From: Candidatus Liptonbacteria bacterium
GTDB taxonomy: Bacteria > Patescibacteriota > Minisyncoccia > UBA6257 > 2-01-FULL-56-20
DNA length: 64,000 bases
Direction: 5' to 3'
Assembly (NCBI GenBank): GCA_023244895.1
Contig: JAHFLL010000001.1
Coordinates: 745,802 to 809,801, forward strand
Shown: in pieces, positions 1 through 11,302 of the stretch
Numbering within the stretch: the stretch's first letter is position 1
Layout: each line of letters starts with the position of its first letter
The notes under the pieces: model-generated
The model's database searches: none
Told to the model about the DNA's origin: nothing
The model's input: only the letters and a program-made list of their open reading frames with translations
Made by a program: the position numbers and the translations under genes

Positions 1-407
1 GCCAAGGCCATACCAGCTCCCAATGGTAAGCCATGACCTCCCGAACCATTACTAGTCTCAAGTCCTGGTAAAACATCTAGAACGACATGGCTGGCCAATT
101 TCGTACCATCTCTGCCATACTCTTCCAGTTTCTCTATGGGGAAAAAACCGAAAAATCCTAGCGTAGCATAAACTGCCGATACGGCGTGTCCCTTACTTAG
201 GACCAACTTATCTCTACCTTCCTTTTTGGGATGGTGGGGATCAACCCTCATAACCCCACCAAAATACAAAGACGTTATTATGTCGGCGGCTGAAAGAGCG
301 GAACCAACATGGGAACTCTTGGCTCGATAAATTATTTCCACAATCTTGCGCCGAGTAAGCTTGGCCTGCGACTTTAGCTCTAAAATTTTTTCTGGGGCTG
401 CCGGCAT
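1..407 (-). CDS. Transketolase N-terminal (TPP-binding) subunit, truncated by window edge
   Basis: Manual translation from ATG at 407: MPAAPEK...SSHVGSALSAADII...DKLVLSKGHA...GSGGHGLPLGAGMAL; not in ORF track. Confidence 0.88.
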   Translation of the reverse strand, partial: MPAAPEKILELKSQAKLTRRKIVEIIYRAKSSHVGSALSAADIITSLYFGGVMRVDPHHPKKEGRDKLVLSKGHAVSAVYATLGFFGFFPIEKLEEYGRDGTKLASHVVLDVLPGLETSNGSGGHGLPLGAGMAL

Positions 408-412
408 GATAA

Positions 413-1375
413 CTATTTTTTCACAAAAAATTCATTTTTCTTATAAACTAACTCTATGTTCTCCAGCTCTTCTGGAGTAAGTCCAGGGAGTTCGCTGGCT
501 CGTACATTTTCCTCTACTTCCGAAACCTTTAGCATCCCAGGAATAACCGTAGACACAGCATTAAAACCCAAACAAAATTGGAGGGCGAGTTGAGTGGGAG
601 TCCGTTCTGGATTGCGATTTACAAAAGAAAATAAGTCCGGCGCATCTGCCCATCGCTGGAGTTGTTCTTTGGACCAAGCAGAACGATGATCTTCCTGACT
701 GAAGTTAAAGTCTTTTATTTTTCCACTTAAGAAACCAAATGCAAGTGGCGTCCGCGCGATTACACCCACCCCCCTCTCTTGAGCCAAATCAAACACGCCT
801 TGCTCTAGGGCACGCTGGTCAATCATATTGAAGTTAGTTTGCACCGTCTCTGCCCCGAACTCCTTTATGGCAATCAGCGCTTCTGCTGGATTTTTAATGG
901 ATATGCCGAACGCTTTAATCTTCCCCTCTCTCTTTAACTCCAACATGGTCGAAACCGCATCTTCCGTATCACGTATAAGCTCCATGGGCGGACTGTGAAT
1001 CTGATAAACGTCTAGATAGTCCGTTCCTAGTCGCTTCAAGCTTTGTTCTATCTCCTGCCGGATATAACTGCCATGCACATCAAACGAACCCCTATGCCTC
1101 ACCATTCCGACCTTGCTCGCGATAACAACTTTATCGCGCAGCCCCTTGAAGGCCTGGCCCAACAATTCTTCGCTGTGACCATAACCGTACACATTAGAAG
1201 TGTCATAGAGCGTAATCCCAAGATCGAAAGCTGTTCTAAGCGCCCGCAGAGACTCTTCGTCATCTGTCTCGCCATAAGAATTAGCCCCATCTGAGGTTGC
1301 TCCTCCGATACCCCAAGTACCAAAACCAATTTCAGAAACCTTTATGCCCGTATTGCCGAGTATGCGATAATTCAT
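413..1375 (-). CDS. Aldo/keto reductase
   Basis: GFGTW, YDTSNVYG, ASKVG, SLKRLGTDYLDVYQIH motifs. Confidence 0.93.
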   Translation of the reverse strand: MNYRILGNTGIKVSEIGFGTWGIGGATSDGANSYGETDDEESLRALRTAFDLGITLYDTSNVYGYGHSEELLGQAFKGLRDKVVIASKVGMVRHRGSFDVHGSYIRQEIEQSLKRLGTDYLDVYQIHSPPMELIRDTEDAVSTMLELKREGKIKAFGISIKNPAEALIAIKEFGAETVQTNFNMIDQRALEQGVFDLAQERGVGVIARTPLAFGFLSGKIKDFNFSQEDHRSAWSKEQLQRWADAPDLFSFVNRNPERTPTQLALQFCLGFNAVSTVIPGMLKVSEVEENVRASELPGLTPEELENIELVYKKNEFFVKK

Positions 1376-1379
1376 GTTT

Positions 1380-2330
1380 TTATAATCTTAATTTATTTGC
1401 ATCTGGATAGTTGGCGACAAAATAGTCAACCGCTCTCTTGATCGTGTCCCGGATGGATGCATATTTGAAGCCGGACAATTTCAAAAAGCGCGAATTGTCG
1501 GTAGCCTTACGATACTGCCCCGCCGGCTTGGTGGTATCAAATGTTATTCGGCCAGGATCAATGCCTAGAAAATCCGCAATTAGATAAGCCGCGTCTTTTA
1601 TGGATATTTCTTCCATAGTGCCTATGTTTAGAACTTGCGCCTCATCATAATTATCAATCATCCAAACCGCTATTCTAGCTACGTCCTGATCAGAGGTGAC
1701 CTGGCGTAAGGGGGAACCATCTCCCCAAACAACTAAGGGGGCACTACCTTCTTTATTTTCGTAGAACCTCCTGATAAGGGCTGGGATAGCGGTAGACGAT
1801 TTCGGATCGAAATTACTGCGTGGACCCAAAATTGCATCTGGCACCATCCCCACGACACTCATTCCGTATTCATGACGATATGCCTTGATGGTAGGATCTA
1901 TCAAGCGCTTGGCAAAGGCATAACCATAATTCGCCTCATGGGGATATCCCCCGTGCATAGATTCTTCTTTAATAGGTATTTCCACATTTAAGGGATACAC
2001 CGCCCCGGATAAAGTCATAAGAACTTTCGGGGTTCCAACATTGCGAGCCGCCTCCAAGATACTAAAATTCATCAGAATGTTGTCGCGCATTACGCTTGCG
2101 GGATGGTCTATGGTCAATTGCAAACCACCTGAAATGGCAGCGAAATGGATAATCGCATCCGGCTTCAGATCCGCCACATATTTTTTAGTAGCTTCGAAAT
2201 CTAGAAGGTTGCAATCCTTAGAGCTCGGGAGAAAAAACTCCTTTTCAGGATATTCCCCCATCACGCTCCTTAGGCCAGTTCCAGCAACCGCCCCCCCGCC
2301 CGTAACCATTATTTTCTTGTATACGCTCAT
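1380..2330 (-). CDS. GDP-L-fucose synthase-like SDR (divergent, epimerase residues altered)
   Basis: HFAAISGG, YAFAK, PALIRRF, VWGDGSPLR. Confidence 0.85.
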   Translation of the reverse strand: MSVYKKIMVTGGGAVAGTGLRSVMGEYPEKEFFLPSSKDCNLLDFEATKKYVADLKPDAIIHFAAISGGLQLTIDHPASVMRDNILMNFSILEAARNVGTPKVLMTLSGAVYPLNVEIPIKEESMHGGYPHEANYGYAFAKRLIDPTIKAYRHEYGMSVVGMVPDAILGPRSNFDPKSSTAIPALIRRFYENKEGSAPLVVWGDGSPLRQVTSDQDVARIAVWMIDNYDEAQVLNIGTMEEISIKDAAYLIADFLGIDPGRITFDTTKPAGQYRKATDNSRFLKLSGFKYASIRDTIKRAVDYFVANYPDANKLRL

Positions 2331-2426
2331 GATCCTTAAATCTTAAGACAAATGCCCAACTAAACGCAAACCATGGCGCCACTCATCGCTCGATCTAGCG
2401 CAAAAACAGGCCTCTTTTGCCACTCG

Positions 2427-3365
2427 CTATATGTTTGCGTAGTTGTTGCGCTTCACTACCTGATACCCCTTGATTAACTCTTCCACTCCGTCTCCCAGGG
2501 GGATCTGGGGCTTGTAACCAGTCTTTTCTATTTTTTCATTGCTCACGATATAGTTGCGTTTGTCTGGATCCTCTCCGATTTTGGATTCCAAGAAAACAAA
2601 CTTAGGCAACTGCTTCTGTATCTCCGCGCAAAGCTCTAACTTGCTAAGATTGGCATTACTCAGGCCCACGTTATAAACCTGGCCCTTCATTTGCTCAAAA
2701 TTGTTTAAGGCATGCATAAAGGCCCGCACTACGTCGCGGACATGAATGTAGTTGCGCTTGAAGTTGCCCTCAAAAATGACTACCGCCCTATCGTTTACCG
2801 CACGATAAACAAAATCGTTTACCAGCAAGTCTAAGCGCATGCGAGGACTTACGCCGAACACGGTTGCCAACCGAAAAACTATTGCGTTTCCAGCAGCGAG
2901 CAACTCTTGCTCTGCTTGAACCTTGAGCTTGCCATAAAGAGAAATGGGGTCAAGTGGAGAATTTTCATCGCAATAGGCGACATCGCCCTGACCCCGGCCA
3001 TAACCGCTATTAGTGTTCGGAAAAATTATCTTCTGCTCCGGTTTGCGCAACCGCAGAATCATCTGAATTGCTTCCAGATTTATAGTTCTCGCGCCTACCG
3101 GATCCTTGTCGCAAAGAGGCGCTCCCACCAAACAGGCCAATGGAATGATAAAATCCTTGCCCTCCAGATGTTTTTTAATCAGCTCCTCGTTGCGTACATC
3201 CCCTCGCACAATCGTAAAGGCCTTGTAATTGCAAACGTCCAAAAGAGAGTTCTGCCCGTACATAAAATTGTCGATCACTGTGACCTCATGGCCCGCCCTT
3301 AAGAGCTCGGGCGTCAATACCGACCCGATATATCCCGCCCCACCCGTCACTAATATTTTAGACAT
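2427..3365 (-). CDS. NAD-dependent nucleotide-sugar epimerase/dehydratase
   Basis: GGAGYIGS, YGKLK, RLATVFGVSPRMRLDLLVN. Confidence 0.92.
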   Translation of the reverse strand: MSKILVTGGAGYIGSVLTPELLRAGHEVTVIDNFMYGQNSLLDVCNYKAFTIVRGDVRNEELIKKHLEGKDFIIPLACLVGAPLCDKDPVGARTINLEAIQMILRLRKPEQKIIFPNTNSGYGRGQGDVAYCDENSPLDPISLYGKLKVQAEQELLAAGNAIVFRLATVFGVSPRMRLDLLVNDFVYRAVNDRAVVIFEGNFKRNYIHVRDVVRAFMHALNNFEQMKGQVYNVGLSNANLSKLELCAEIQKQLPKFVFLESKIGEDPDKRNYIVSNEKIEKTGYKPQIPLGDGVEELIKGYQVVKRNNYANI

Positions 3366-3384
3366 AGTTTTATTAAATTTTATA

Positions 3385-4485
3385 TTATTTTTTTTCTAAC
3401 GGCGCACCAATGCTGGAAAAAATTTCTTTGAACCTTTTCTCGGCGTAGTGATCTTTAATGGTTCGCTCATATCCCCTCTGGGCTATTTTTTCTCGTTCCT
3501 CATTATGCTCTAAATAGTAATTAATTTTTTCTGCTAAATCTTTGTTGTCCCGATAAAAAATAATTTCTTCGCCAGGCTTGTAATAATCCCTCAAATCATC
3601 CGCGTCTTGAGTAATCTCCGCGGTTCCACATGCGGGAATCTCAAAATTCCTTGCCTTCACCTGTAAAATCTTTTTCTGCATCCAAGAAGCAAAATTATCT
3701 CGGAAATTATGGATGTCTAGCTTATAGGGCAGTCCCCCTTCTCCCAAAAAGGCCCTCCTTATAAAAAGCCTTATAATTGGACGCCAGCCGAAATAAAAGG
3801 CGGGGGGGTTGAGGGACAGACTTATCTTACTACGATTTATAATGTCTATCATTTCTTCCTGGGTAACCGCTCCCTCTGGCCAACCGTTACCCCTGGTCAA
3901 AACTGAGATGTTTTTATCGCGAAGATAAGAGATGGTTTCTCCTCTTAACTTGCTCCAAGTGCCAACGAAACTGACATTTATGTCTTTGGCGGTATTGGTT
4001 TTTTTGTAAGTGCTCAAATCCACGCCTGGTTGACTATGAATTACGTTTTGACAGCCTATCTCGCGATAACGCGCCGGTGCATCCCCGCAATACGTTACTA
4101 TCCAGGAAAAAAACGGTGCGAAGTGGCGAGAGATTCTATCCCAGCTCCAACTATCGTCTACACACATATAAACCAATTTGGAATTTGATTTTTCTTTGAG
4201 CGCGCGCAACGTCTCTATGCCTATATCGTATTCTGCCCCGTGGAAAATACACACCTCCGGTTTTTCTCGCAAAATGTGATCTATTAGCATTTTCCTTGCC
4301 GGGTCGCGGCCATGCTCAAGAATGGCCTCATCTATCCAAAAAAACTCCACGCTGTGACCATTAGCCTCGGCTAAACGCTTTAGGGGTTGATATTCCAAGT
4401 AATAATTGGCGGTCCCGTTGCGATTGGTCTTTTCCCAACTACGACTGTAGTAATCGTTGCGATAATCTACTAATAGTATCTTCAT
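3385..4485 (-). CDS. CgeB-family (Glyco_trans_1_2) glycosyltransferase
   Basis: C-terminal KARNFEIPACG...KINYYLEHNEEREKIAQRGYERTIKDH. Confidence 0.85.
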   Translation of the reverse strand: MKILLVDYRNDYYSRSWEKTNRNGTANYYLEYQPLKRLAEANGHSVEFFWIDEAILEHGRDPARKMLIDHILREKPEVCIFHGAEYDIGIETLRALKEKSNSKLVYMCVDDSWSWDRISRHFAPFFSWIVTYCGDAPARYREIGCQNVIHSQPGVDLSTYKKTNTAKDINVSFVGTWSKLRGETISYLRDKNISVLTRGNGWPEGAVTQEEMIDIINRSKISLSLNPPAFYFGWRPIIRLFIRRAFLGEGGLPYKLDIHNFRDNFASWMQKKILQVKARNFEIPACGTAEITQDADDLRDYYKPGEEIIFYRDNKDLAEKINYYLEHNEEREKIAQRGYERTIKDHYAEKRFKEIFSSIGAPLEKK

Positions 4486-4494
4486 GGGTGGATG

Positions 4495-5670
4495 CTATGA
4501 CCCGACTGCGCCCAACACTATTTTGGCAATAAATTCTACGTCTTCCGGCTTCATGCTGGGATGATTCGGTAGAAAAAGCCCCGTATAATGAATGCGATCC
4601 GCCATGGGGAAGGATGCTTTGCCGTAACGATTAATCCAAAATGGATGCAACCCCAAGTTGCCTGCCGAGAAAATTCTGGTCTCTACTCCATTTTCCTCCA
4701 AGACGCTAACTATTTTGCGCCGCTCCTCTCCATCTCTCGCCAATAATCCAAAGTGGATACTGCAAATTGTGTCCATTTCCCCATACTTTTGTATTTGGAA
4801 CCGTCCATTAAATATACTCTTGTATAAGTCATGATTTGCCTTGCGTCGCTCAATCAGCCATTCCATTTTGTCCACCTGACGGATACCTAAGAAAGCGTTT
4901 AAGTCTGTGGATCGCAAGTTAAATCCCGGCTCATAGAACACAAAGGGGGCATGGAAATTATCCACCCCATACTTGTCTATTAAGGCTTGATGGGTTTCTT
5001 TGTCCAAGTCCTTACCCCAGCCATGACTACGCAACATTAACAACAGGTCGTTAAACTTCTTGTTGTCTGTAGAGACAATGCCTCCCTCAATAGTAGATAT
5101 CTGGTGCCCAAAATATAGGGAGAAGCTAGACATGTCTCCGAACGTACCGACATGCTTTCCTTTATAAGAGGCACCCATCGCAGCACAAGCATCTTCCAAC
5201 AAGAAAAATCCATACTTCTTTTTGAGCGCCATAAGCTCATCCATCTTGTGAGGCACGCCCAAAACCTGAACCATCACCACGGTGCTAGGCTCGTGCTCAA
5301 TAAGTAGTTTCTCTAAGTGGACCAAATCCAGTCCGAAGGTGTCTGGATCAGCTTCGCACATAATTGGTTCGAACCCTAACTGAATTGCGGGGGCGATGGT
5401 CGTGACCCAGCCCACGCTAGGCACAATTACCTTTTTATTCTTAAGCTCGCCGGACAGGAGCAGAGCATCATACATCAAAAGATTTGCAGAAGAACCGGAG
5501 TTATTAAACACTGAATATTTGCGACCCAGCCAGGCATTCCATTTGGCCTCGAACTCCGGGGTCAATGGCCCCTTGGTCAGCCGCGGATAAGATTTAAGCC
5601 AGGAAATCAGGGCATCTATATCTTGATTATCAATCGTGTCTTCCGCTAGAAAATATTTTATTGGTTTCAT
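4495..5670 (-). CDS. DegT/DnrJ-family PLP enzyme, ColD-like GDP-4-keto-6-deoxymannose 3-dehydratase
   Basis: NSGSSANLL, LEDACAAMG, SLYFGHQISTIEGG with His at the usual Lys position, LRSHGW. Confidence 0.85.
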   Translation of the reverse strand: MKPIKYFLAEDTIDNQDIDALISWLKSYPRLTKGPLTPEFEAKWNAWLGRKYSVFNNSGSSANLLMYDALLLSGELKNKKVIVPSVGWVTTIAPAIQLGFEPIMCEADPDTFGLDLVHLEKLLIEHEPSTVVMVQVLGVPHKMDELMALKKKYGFFLLEDACAAMGASYKGKHVGTFGDMSSFSLYFGHQISTIEGGIVSTDNKKFNDLLLMLRSHGWGKDLDKETHQALIDKYGVDNFHAPFVFYEPGFNLRSTDLNAFLGIRQVDKMEWLIERRKANHDLYKSIFNGRFQIQKYGEMDTICSIHFGLLARDGEERRKIVSVLEENGVETRIFSAGNLGLHPFWINRYGKASFPMADRIHYTGLFLPNHPSMKPEDVEFIAKIVLGAVGS

Positions 5671-6605
5671 TGATTTTTTAAATTTTCTTTATACCAGGAA
5701 TAGGTACGCGCCAGACCATCTAGTAAGCCGATTTTAGCTTCCCAGCCCAAAGATTGCAAACGCTCTCCAGACAAGAGTTTGCGCAATGCACCATCCGGCT
5801 TGGATGCGTCCCAAGTGATTGTTCCAGAGAAACCAACCGTATGGGCTACGAGCTCCGCAAGCTCGCGAATAGAAACTTCCGAACTGCTGGCTATATTCAT
5901 TGTCCGCCATGGCAAATTGGGCTGATTCATAATAAACATACAGGCGTCGGCAATGTCGTCCGCATAAACAAATTCTCGTTGGGGCAGACCAGTACCCCAC
6001 AACTCAACCGTGGATGTGTTGTTTCGCACCGCTTCCTCAAAACGACGCAAAAAAACAGAAAGAACATGACCCTCATTAAGACTAAAATTGTCACCTGGTC
6101 CATAGGCAGTATTAGGAATAACTGTGACAAAATCCGTGCCGTATTGTTCGTGTAGATACTCCACCAGCTTCATCCCCGATATTTTTGCAATGGCATAGCC
6201 CAAGCTCGTTTCTTCCGGTAGCCCGCGCAAGAGCTCCTCCTCTCGCATGGGCTGAGCGCATGTCTTGGGATACATACACGAACTCCCAAAAAAAATAAGG
6301 CGCTTAACGCCAACATTATGCGCCGCGGATAAAACGTTTACCTGAATCTCTGTATTCTCAAGCAAAAAATCTGCTTGATGCGTACGGTTTGCCTGAATAC
6401 TACCAACCTTGCCCGCCGCCAGGAAGACATATTCTGGTCGCTCTATGTTAAAAAAATCTCGGACCGCTCGCTGATCGCGCAAATCTAATTCGGATCTGGT
6501 TTTAACAATAATGTTTGCATACCCCGCCTCTCGTAATTTTTGCAAAAGGGAACGGCCGATCAGTCCGGTGTGGCCCGCAACGTATATTTTAGAATCTCTT
6601 TCCAT
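5667..6605 (-). CDS. GDP-L-fucose/colitose synthase (Fcl/ColC family)
   Basis: AGHTGLIG, GSSCMYP, YAIAK, HVL, WGTGLPQREF. Confidence 0.9.
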   Translation of the reverse strand: MERDSKIYVAGHTGLIGRSLLQKLREAGYANIIVKTRSELDLRDQRAVRDFFNIERPEYVFLAAGKVGSIQANRTHQADFLLENTEIQVNVLSAAHNVGVKRLIFFGSSCMYPKTCAQPMREEELLRGLPEETSLGYAIAKISGMKLVEYLHEQYGTDFVTVIPNTAYGPGDNFSLNEGHVLSVFLRRFEEAVRNNTSTVELWGTGLPQREFVYADDIADACMFIMNQPNLPWRTMNIASSSEVSIRELAELVAHTVGFSGTITWDASKPDGALRKLLSGERLQSLGWEAKIGLLDGLARTYSWYKENLKNQ

Positions 6606-6607
6606 GG

Positions 6608-7180
6608 TTATTTAAGCCTTGGCACTACCCGCTCACAGACGAAATGCACCAGAAGCGTATGCGCCTCTTGAATTATAGCCGTATTCTCGGAGGGAACCAC
6701 GATTGAAATGTCGCACTCCGATTTTATGATCCCTCCGTCTCGCCCCAGCAACCCGATAGTCTTCATGCCCAACTCTTTCGCTCTTCTCATGGCTTGAACT
6801 ATATTCTGAGAATTACCACTGGTAGATATCCCAAAAAACACATCCCCGACTTGGCCCAGAGCCTCTATCTGTCTAGAGAATATGCTATCCAGGTCGTCTT
6901 TTCCAAAATCGTTTATCCAGGCGGTAAGGTAGGACGTATCGGTAGTGAGGGAAACGGCGGGATACCCCTGTCTTTTCTCCCTATGTAGGGTGGCAACTAT
7001 TTCTGCGGAAAGGTGTTGCGCTTGAGCGGCGCTGCCCCCATTGCCCGCGATTAGCAATTTGTGCCTGGATATTAAGGTCGCACCTATCAGATCAATGGCC
7101 TGACCAACCTGTTTCTCTATGCCTCCATCTTTTAAGCTGGCAAGGGTGGAAATTGTCTCATCTAGTCTTTGATTAAACAT
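6608..7180 (-). CDS. gmhA: Phosphoheptose isomerase (SIS domain)
   Basis: GNGGSAAQAQH, GISTSGNS, IQEAH. Confidence 0.9.
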   Translation of the reverse strand: MFNQRLDETISTLASLKDGGIEKQVGQAIDLIGATLISRHKLLIAGNGGSAAQAQHLSAEIVATLHREKRQGYPAVSLTTDTSYLTAWINDFGKDDLDSIFSRQIEALGQVGDVFFGISTSGNSQNIVQAMRRAKELGMKTIGLLGRDGGIIKSECDISIVVPSENTAIIQEAHTLLVHFVCERVVPRLK

Positions 7181-7181
7181 T

Positions 7182-8249
7182 TTATTTTTCTATTATAGAC
7201 CCTATTATTTTATCCACCGACTTGTCATAAGTGTAGTTCAATGCTATTGCTCTTGCTCGTTTTGCGCAAGACATCCTTTCTTCTGGTCGCTCTAAATAAT
7301 ATTCCACCTTTCTCTTGAGATCTTCATCGTCTTTGTAAAAACCGATGGATTCGCCGAATAATTCGTACGTTAGAGGCACCCGTTCGCTAACCTGGAAAAC
7401 ACCCGAAAGAGCTATGTCAAAAGTACGCTGAGTGGTAGTGGTAAAAGAATCTTTCGGCATACCCAAAGTACCTATTGCGATTTTAGCGCCATTGTAAACC
7501 AGATTGGACTTATCAATCGGCAAGGAGCCACCCCACTTGTCCTTGAGCCATGGGAACTCCAAAAATCCCATCTCCCATCCATAGCCATATATTTTCAGAT
7601 TGTATTCCCTGAATGCTTCCAGGGATTTAGCGCGTGAAGGTAAATATTTACCGATAAAGACTATGTCTGACTTATACTCTTCAGCAACCTCTGCTGGAAA
7701 AAATATATTGTGATCGGAGGCCAGAGGAAGAAGCTCGACTCTTTTTTTGTTTTTCTCCCAGAGCACCTCTCGCCAGAGCCCATCTCCCACCATAAAAACA
7801 CGGTCAAAATAATCAAATTTTTCCTCCCAAGTATCATCTCTAACAACTGGCTCTCCCAACCACAAGATCAGCTTGGCTTTAGTTAATGCGCGTAATAACT
7901 TCAAGACAAGATGCGATCCAGGCGTCCAAATAAAAACAACCAGACTATCTTTTCGCCAAGACAACCAGGCCCGAAACAATACCTCTAGTTCTGTTACGAA
8001 TTGGCGAGCTGTTTTTAGATAACGAAACAACCTGGGAGTTACTCGCCGGAGGGTCATCTTCGCGCGCTCTAAAACGTTGACTACTGAATCCTTGTTTCCG
8101 CCCCAAGTAGCGGGTACGGAATTATTATAGACAATAGTAGCGGCTAGGCCCCTCCGCAAGCAGGCCTGATAAAAAAGCTTGGCCCAATCTCCATACCAAG
8201 CAGCCCCAACCACCACTATTCTGACATTCTTCCTGATCATATCTGCCAC
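7182..8249 (-). CDS. CgeB-family glycosyltransferase
   Basis: DIVFIG, QRTFDIALSG, KVEYYLERPEER. Confidence 0.8.
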   Translation of the reverse strand: MADMIRKNVRIVVVGAAWYGDWAKLFYQACLRRGLAATIVYNNSVPATWGGNKDSVVNVLERAKMTLRRVTPRLFRYLKTARQFVTELEVLFRAWLSWRKDSLVVFIWTPGSHLVLKLLRALTKAKLILWLGEPVVRDDTWEEKFDYFDRVFMVGDGLWREVLWEKNKKRVELLPLASDHNIFFPAEVAEEYKSDIVFIGKYLPSRAKSLEAFREYNLKIYGYGWEMGFLEFPWLKDKWGGSLPIDKSNLVYNGAKIAIGTLGMPKDSFTTTTQRTFDIALSGVFQVSERVPLTYELFGESIGFYKDDEDLKRKVEYYLERPEERMSCAKRARAIALNYTYDKSVDKIIGSIIEK

Positions 8250-8258
8250 GTTGCGCAG

Positions 8259-9299
8259 CTAGCCTACTCCAGCTTTGTTAAAAATATCCTCTAACCTTTT
8301 CATGTAAGAGTGCTCTTTTACTGTCCTCTCATATCCAGCCTTAGCGATCCTCTCGCGTTCAGCGTCATGCTCCAGGTAGTACCTTATCTTGTCTATATAA
8401 TCATCATCATTCTCATAGAAAACTATTTCTTCTCCCGGTTTGAAGTAGTTTTCTAAATCATCTGCATGGGCAGTTAGCATAAATCCCCCGCAGGCGGGTA
8501 TCTCGAAGTGCCTGCCTTTAATCTGGCGCGTGCCTCTTCCGAGAAAGCTCCTCAAATTGGAGTAAAAATGATAGTCCGGAACGATCTTGTCTACGGATCT
8601 TCGGAAAAATAACCTACCCACGCTGTCTTTGTTCCAAAACCCGGGCGGCGGATTAAGCGCCAAACTCACCTTACTAATACCGAAAAGCTTGACCATCTCT
8701 TCGTCGCTCGCCCGTTTGGCGCTTGGCCATCCCCCGCCCCAAACATCCACCGGTATGCCCGCGTTGCGAATCTTGTCTACAATTTCCCCTCGGGGCTTAC
8801 TCCAGCCACCCACAAAAGTCGTGTCTGGCCTATCGGCTGGAACCGGACTGGGCTTATAAACATCGATGTTCGCCCCCCATTGGGAACGGATAACGTTTGG
8901 CTGACCGTGCTTTTTATATATCTCCGGCATCCAGGAGTAGGTGGTGATAGCCCAAGAGAAATACTTGGCCCAAATACGGGAATAATTCCAGTAGCGCCAG
9001 CTATCATCCGAAAACCAAGCTATGCTTACAGTTCGATCTTTTATTTTATCTAGGATATAAGGAGAAAATTCATCTGTGTACATGAATGCGAAGAATACGT
9101 CTGGCTTAAAATCAATTACTTTGGCCAACAGCTCTGCGTTGAACCTGTCTTTGGTTGATTGCAAGATCTTGTCAAACGCGAAAAATTCAACCTGATGCGA
9201 CGAGCTCTTCAGCTGTGTGTAAAAATTATGATACTCAAAGCTCTTCCCTCGCTTAGGATCATATTTATCGTTTTCTAATCCGGCAAAAAGTATCTTCAT
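8259..9299 (-). CDS. CgeB-family glycosyltransferase
   Basis: QIKGRHFEIPACGGF...YYLEHDAERERIAKAGYER; paralog of 3385..4485. Confidence 0.85.
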   Translation of the reverse strand: MKILFAGLENDKYDPKRGKSFEYHNFYTQLKSSSHQVEFFAFDKILQSTKDRFNAELLAKVIDFKPDVFFAFMYTDEFSPYILDKIKDRTVSIAWFSDDSWRYWNYSRIWAKYFSWAITTYSWMPEIYKKHGQPNVIRSQWGANIDVYKPSPVPADRPDTTFVGGWSKPRGEIVDKIRNAGIPVDVWGGGWPSAKRASDEEMVKLFGISKVSLALNPPPGFWNKDSVGRLFFRRSVDKIVPDYHFYSNLRSFLGRGTRQIKGRHFEIPACGGFMLTAHADDLENYFKPGEEIVFYENDDDYIDKIRYYLEHDAERERIAKAGYERTVKEHSYMKRLEDIFNKAGVG

Positions 9300-9431
9300 A
9301 TCTTTCTAAGTTATCTTTATTTTATACTCACTCTGACTTACTAATCAAACGTTTGATTGCACTACATCTCCTCAATAGCAAGCCTAAAAATGTTTTTTGG
9401 TATTTTGCACGAGATTTCTTGCCTCCACTTA

Positions 9432-10394
<963 letters not shown>

Positions 10395-10434
10395 CTAGAA
10401 GTATAGACCCGACCCTGGTTTTGGACAAATTTTA

Positions 10435-10488
10435 AGGCGCGTCCCCACTGGGAGACGCGCCTCATACGAGCCCGGACGCTATCCGGGC
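10435..10488 (-). terminator. Two GC-rich hairpins downstream of the IMPase gene
   Basis: AGGCGCGTC-CCC..GGGAGACGCGCCT and GCCCGGA..TCCGGGC. Confidence 0.6.
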
Positions 10489-10491
10489 AAT

Positions 10492-11301
10492 CTATCTAAT
10501 GAGCGGAGCGACGAGTGTGCGCAGCTCGTCCGAGAGCTGGCGCGAGCACGCGATCACAATCGGGAACTTGCGCTGCCCGATTTCCGGATCCGCGAGATCC
10601 GGAACCGGCTCGTCCGCGGCTACGCCAGTCACGACGCAACCGGCCGCCCGGCAGATGGGGATGGCGGCAGCTACATCGAAGATGGTAGCGCCGGCGTGGA
10701 CATAGGCGTCCAACTTGCCCTGTGCCACCAGCATCGCCTCCCACACGAAGGAATTGATCATGCCGGTCATGCGGGCTTTCTGCCGGACATCCACGAATAC
10801 AGATTCCAACCCGGGCCAAGCTCCCACATCGACGAGAGCATCCCGAAGTCTGCAAGGGGAGGGCGACTCGACTCGGAGGTCGAAAGTTGCGGACAGGTCA
10901 CATTCGTAGCTCATACCCGCCTTGCCGTCGTCTTCCACCCAGAACCAGCTGCCCGCGCCGTCCACGGGTAGATAGATCATGCCGAACCCCCGGACGGTAC
11001 CGGCAGAGAGACCCCAGTAGTCCGACCCGCCGGCATAGTTCGCGGTTCCATCGATTGGGTCCAGAAACCATGTCCTCCCGCCAGTGAAGAATTCTCCTTC
11101 TTCGCTCATGATGCCGTCGCTGGGGAACATCTGGCGTAGCGCGACTGCGAGGATTCTTTCCGACTTCAGATCCGCTTCGGTCACAACGTCTTGAGGGGAG
11201 GTTTTGTCTTTGACCTCCATGCCCTCGCGAAGCGCTTCCAGGGCGGCGCTCCCCGCCTGAGTCATCGCGCTGGCCAGAGCCAGAATTTCTTCTCTAGTCA
11301 C
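10492..11301 (-). CDS. Inositol monophosphatase family protein (GC-rich cassette)
   Basis: DVVTEAD, SEE, LDPIDGTANY, FDVAAA. Confidence 0.9.
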   Translation of the reverse strand: MTREEILALASAMTQAGSAALEALREGMEVKDKTSPQDVVTEADLKSERILAVALRQMFPSDGIMSEEGEFFTGGRTWFLDPIDGTANYAGGSDYWGLSAGTVRGFGMIYLPVDGAGSWFWVEDDGKAGMSYECDLSATFDLRVESPSPCRLRDALVDVGAWPGLESVFVDVRQKARMTGMINSFVWEAMLVAQGKLDAYVHAGATIFDVAAAIPICRAAGCVVTGVAADEPVPDLADPEIGQRKFPIVIACSRQLSDELRTLVAPLIR

Positions 11302-11302
11302 G

